A stretch of 64,000 nucleotides of DNA from Moniliella sp. 'wahieum' (taxonomy: Eukaryota). Of this stretch, positions 60,339 to 64,000 are shown in pieces. The stretch covers positions 1-64,000 of the forward strand of contig RSEE01000158.1 in NCBI GenBank assembly GCA_003971905.1, read 5' to 3'. Numbering within the stretch: position 1 is the first letter of the stretch; the number at the start of each line of letters is the position of its first letter. Position numbers and translations under genes: made by a program. The notes under the pieces were generated by a model. The model was not told the DNA's origin. It saw only the letters and a list, made by a program, of their open reading frames with translations, and ran no database searches.

Positions 60339-61776
60339 GTTGAGCAAGGTGGGACTGTGGAGGATGGGGCGGATGGGAGAGAAGCGCGGGCCAAGGCGAG
60401 AAACAAAGGGCGAGTGGGAGCGGGGGGTGGTGGGAGCGGGCTCGACCGCTGCTGTGCCGCTCGACGGGTTTATAAGTCGCGCTCGACCCGCGGCACGTAG
60501 CACGCCCCCGGGCCACACTAGCCCAGTGCTCTGGATTGCAACACTGCCGAGGTAATAGCCGTGCGCATGATGCTGCGCGAGCGCCCAAAGAGGAGGCAGC
60601 CCCACGGGGGCACTTTCCAGCACGGATCTTGGCCCGCACGTCTCCATCGCGTGGTCTCTGTTCTCCCCCTCTGCCTTCATGTGGGCGCCAATCGGCTATA
60701 CTGCACTCGGACCAGAGGAAAGCCCCCTCATGAGGAACATGGTGAGAGTGCGTTCAAGTCACAGTTCATATCCCGCGGTTGGTGTCCGAGTTTCGGGGGG
60801 AGAAGTTCGTTTGTTCATGGGTCACTGGCTATAGTACTAGTATCCCGCTGACGAGGAGGACACGGGGAATGCATAGGATGTGTGGATGTGTAGGATGGAC
60901 CGGCTCATCTGACACGGCAATGGGGTATATAGTGGATCATCCTCTGCTTCATCTGTACCTCTAGCTTCAATCCCTTCTTCAAACCGACGCTGCTCTGTCT
61001 GCGAACCCGTCGTCTGTTATATATGTCCGGCTGAAAAGCAAGGCGGTCGACATGACAGACGGGATGAGGAAGCCAGAGAAAGTTCTGAACTGTGGAGAGA
61101 GAGGGCACAAGAGCCCGTATTATCCTAAACCATGATTCCCCCGATCCCTTCTACCATCCTGCCCGTCCGGTCCGCCGCGTCTGCCGTGCCATCAGCGCCC
61201 ACGCTGTCTATAGTAACCGCCCACTGTAAGGAAAGAATGGGGACGCAATTCCACCATCGGTGCGCTGTCGGGGACTGTGGGGGGCACGATGGCACTGCAC
61301 CCAGTAATGGCCGGGGCATGACACCTTCTCTGGCCTCGAGCAGTTGTCCAGTGCACTGTCCATACCACTCCCCCTTCTCACTTTTTGCTAGGCGAAGGGG
61401 CAGAGCAACGCAGATCGGTAAGATACAATATTGTTATTTTGGCACAAGGGATGGATACAAAGGGCTTTGAAGTTCTTCCTTGACCTGCACATGCGCGTTC
61501 CTCTCATCTACCACTACGCCCTCAGCGCCCATGCCGCTCTGCGAGCTGCGCTTCTTCTCCTTATTACATGGAATGACAAGAGGCGGCTGCTTGGTTGTTC
61601 CCCGCCGTGGCGCTGTGAGACCGAGTGGCAGATGTATGAGCCGCACCCCTCTTCAAGAAACCTGGTCACGCACGTCATGGTCATGAACCGGACCACGAAC
61701 GGATCCAACGCGCTCTCTATTCTTTTCCCCGTCGACCCGCGGGGCTCCGTGGCTCCAGAAAGGCATGCGTGGTGCA

Positions 61777-64000
61777 TTAGGATGTAGGGGGTTGGGAAAA
61801 TCCAAGCGGAGCCATCGCATCGCTCCATCCCAGCAGACTCGAATCTACATTGGCGTTCCCTTCGAATCCCGTGTTCAAGAGCGAGCCCGTGTCCAGGCCA
61901 AACAGATCGGCCTGTTGAAAGGAGGCAAACCAGGGCTGATCCATGATCAGCGATGCGTCTGAAGCCAAGGAGCTTTGGGGCGCGGGATGTGTCCCAACGG
62001 TGGCGGGGCCGGGGAGCGGGGGCAGAGCCGAAGCGTGTCGAGCCACCGTTGGCGCAGGCGCAAGCGCGGCGGACGCCGTTGCGGAAGAAGTTGTGGGTGG
62101 AAGAGGGGGATGAAAATCCCGCGACTGATCTGGCAAGCAAGGGTCACAGGGCAGGATGTGGGGGGGGGAGCAGCAGCAGCAGGGGTCCGCGCGGCCTCCG
62201 AGGGCTGCGCTGGCATGCCACGCTGTGCTTCTGGAGCGGCCAATAGACTGGTGAGTACTTGGTTTGGGACTTGCCACATGGGACCGGCGAGCAGGAGCAA
62301 GTGGCGCAATTCGATCAGGTCGTTTAGGATCTCGTCCTGCTTATCGGCCAAAAGGATGGGACCTGTGTCGTAGCGTTGGATCATGAAAAGGTGATGTTGA
62401 AGTAGCAGGGCAGCCAGTGCAGAGAGGCGGCCCAGCCATCCGCCCGAAGCAAGATGGAGACGATGAATGTAGAGGTCCTCGGGCTCTTCGCCGGTCTCCT
62501 TGGCCAACTGCACAGCCTGCGCGATGGGACGGAAACCCTCAGCCTCGTTCCAGATGAGCATCAGCTTCACCAGCTCGAAGGCAGCTTGGGCGGCTGCGTC
62601 GCGAGACCGGCCAAACCGTTGGGGCTCGAGCCAGCCTGGGACATAGTACCGCAGATGCAACGCGCGAAGAACAAAGAAGCGTGCCCCATGGATCGCCATC
62701 CCAATCTGCATCCGCTCCAAGCTGCTGTGGATGGGGTTGAGCACGTGCGGGGGCACTCGGTCCCAGACCGAATTAAAGTGGGCGTGGAGTTCTTGGATCA
62801 AAGCGTAGGCGTCTTCCTCTGGCATCTTATCCGTCTCGAGCACACGATGTATAATGTAGCTCACTTCCCATTGGAACTTGACGTACAGAGGCCATCGGCC
62901 ATCTTCATGGATCTCCCAAGAGCTGTCCGAGTAGAGAAAGGAAGGGGTAGGTGGATTGCGAGTGATCGCCATGGTTGCCCGGCGCGATGTAAACACAGTG
63001 AGGGATTCGAGCAGTATGTCAGCGTCCACAAGCGGTACCGGTCGTATCGTTCCTCCTCTGACGCACTCGGGGGAGGGTCCTGGTCCAGTCCAAACGCCAG
63101 GCATCGCGCCACGCACATTGCGATCATGCTGTCGCCAAAGTGGGGCGGGCGCACCCGAATGCTCAACCGAGAGAGCATCAGTTCCACACGGATTGTCTCC
63201 AGAGTGGGGTGGACCAGAGCGCTGCCGGCCACGAGAGCTGCCATGGAGAGGTCGGCCATAACGGTAATGGGATTGCCATATACGCGCAGCAGGGGCCGGT
63301 ACAGGTCTAGGTTGCTCGGCCGAGGCACGAGGAAGGAGATGGCGACCAGGACGAGAGTAAGAGCAAGGAAGATGAGCTGTTCACGCGCCTTGGCGGGGGA
63401 GAGCGGCCGATAATTTGGCATAAAGAGCCCTGTCTGGACTTCCCGTGCCCATTGGGCCCGAAGCGATGACTGTCCACAAAGAACCGGGCGAGGAAACTGT
63501 GTTCCAGGGCGACTCGGCACATGGCCTCGACCACCGCTGGCTCCGGCATGGCCTGGACGATCATACCCAACACTGTCTCCATTGCGGGCACACCTTGCTC
63601 GTTCCACCCTTGCCGCATCAGCTCCAGAGGATGCTCGCCGCGCGGGGGCGGGAACGTGTCCCCGGCTGCTGCGGGCAAGGGGGGAAGGGGTGGGTATCGG
63701 GGATAGGAAGATCGCTAATGTCCACCTCTAGTTTCTGGGCGAGGAGAGCGGCGAGGTGGTCGACCTGATCCAGCCGCTTGACCAGCTCGCTTGCAGCGGC
63801 GGTCGCGGGAGCCGGACGAGGTGGTTTGGCGCCGGGGGGCCACTTGCACAGGTGGACCTCGTTGCGGTCCACACACGCCCCACAGGGGAAGGTGCGGTCA
63901 CACTTGAGCTTGCGGCTGGGAGAGCGTCAGTGAGGAGGAGGGACAGGACAGGAGACAGGAGGCAGCGGGCAGGAAGGGATGCGTACCGCCGGCAGTTCTC
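61777..64000 (-). CDS. Zn(II)2Cys6 transcription factor, 5' end beyond the window
   Basis: ENCRR|intron|RKLKCDRTFPCGACVDRNEVHLCKW, then fungal TF-domain-like GLDQDP...EERYDRYRLW. Confidence 0.85.

Overview
Left chromosome end of a GC-rich basidiomycete fungus, probably Ustilaginomycotina-like (inferred from the 5S sequence and gene set). The assembly is indel-rich, since even RPS24, IDP1 and PDC are frameshifted. The window opens with a CCCTAA telomere seed fused into the first of three near-identical ~4.0-kb CRE-clade non-LTR retrotransposons (RT plus restriction-like endonuclease; the two full-length copies also carry N-terminal CCHC knuckles). These sit inside the 28S/LSU rRNA gene. Each copy is followed by the same ~248-bp LSU segment running from the peptidyl-transferase centre to the sarcin-ricin loop. 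Only after copy 3 does the LSU continue to its 3' end, followed by IGS1, a 5S gene and partial IGS2. This is the pattern expected of an rDNA-site-specific fungal retrotransposon making an exceptionally long target-site duplication, and it is the main finding. About 13-30.6 kb is a subtelomeric graveyard of older relatives of the element (not rDNA-flanked), segmental duplications and a decayed Myb-like sequence. From ~32 kb come ordinary genes: PDC, RPS24, VMA21, WDR5/SWD3, ALG10, Mis14-like, IDP1, an amine oxidase, two Zn2Cys6 factors, SHR3 and histone H1, plus a chromovirus integrase relic. All family assignments come from motif recognition and recalled reference sequences; no searches were run.
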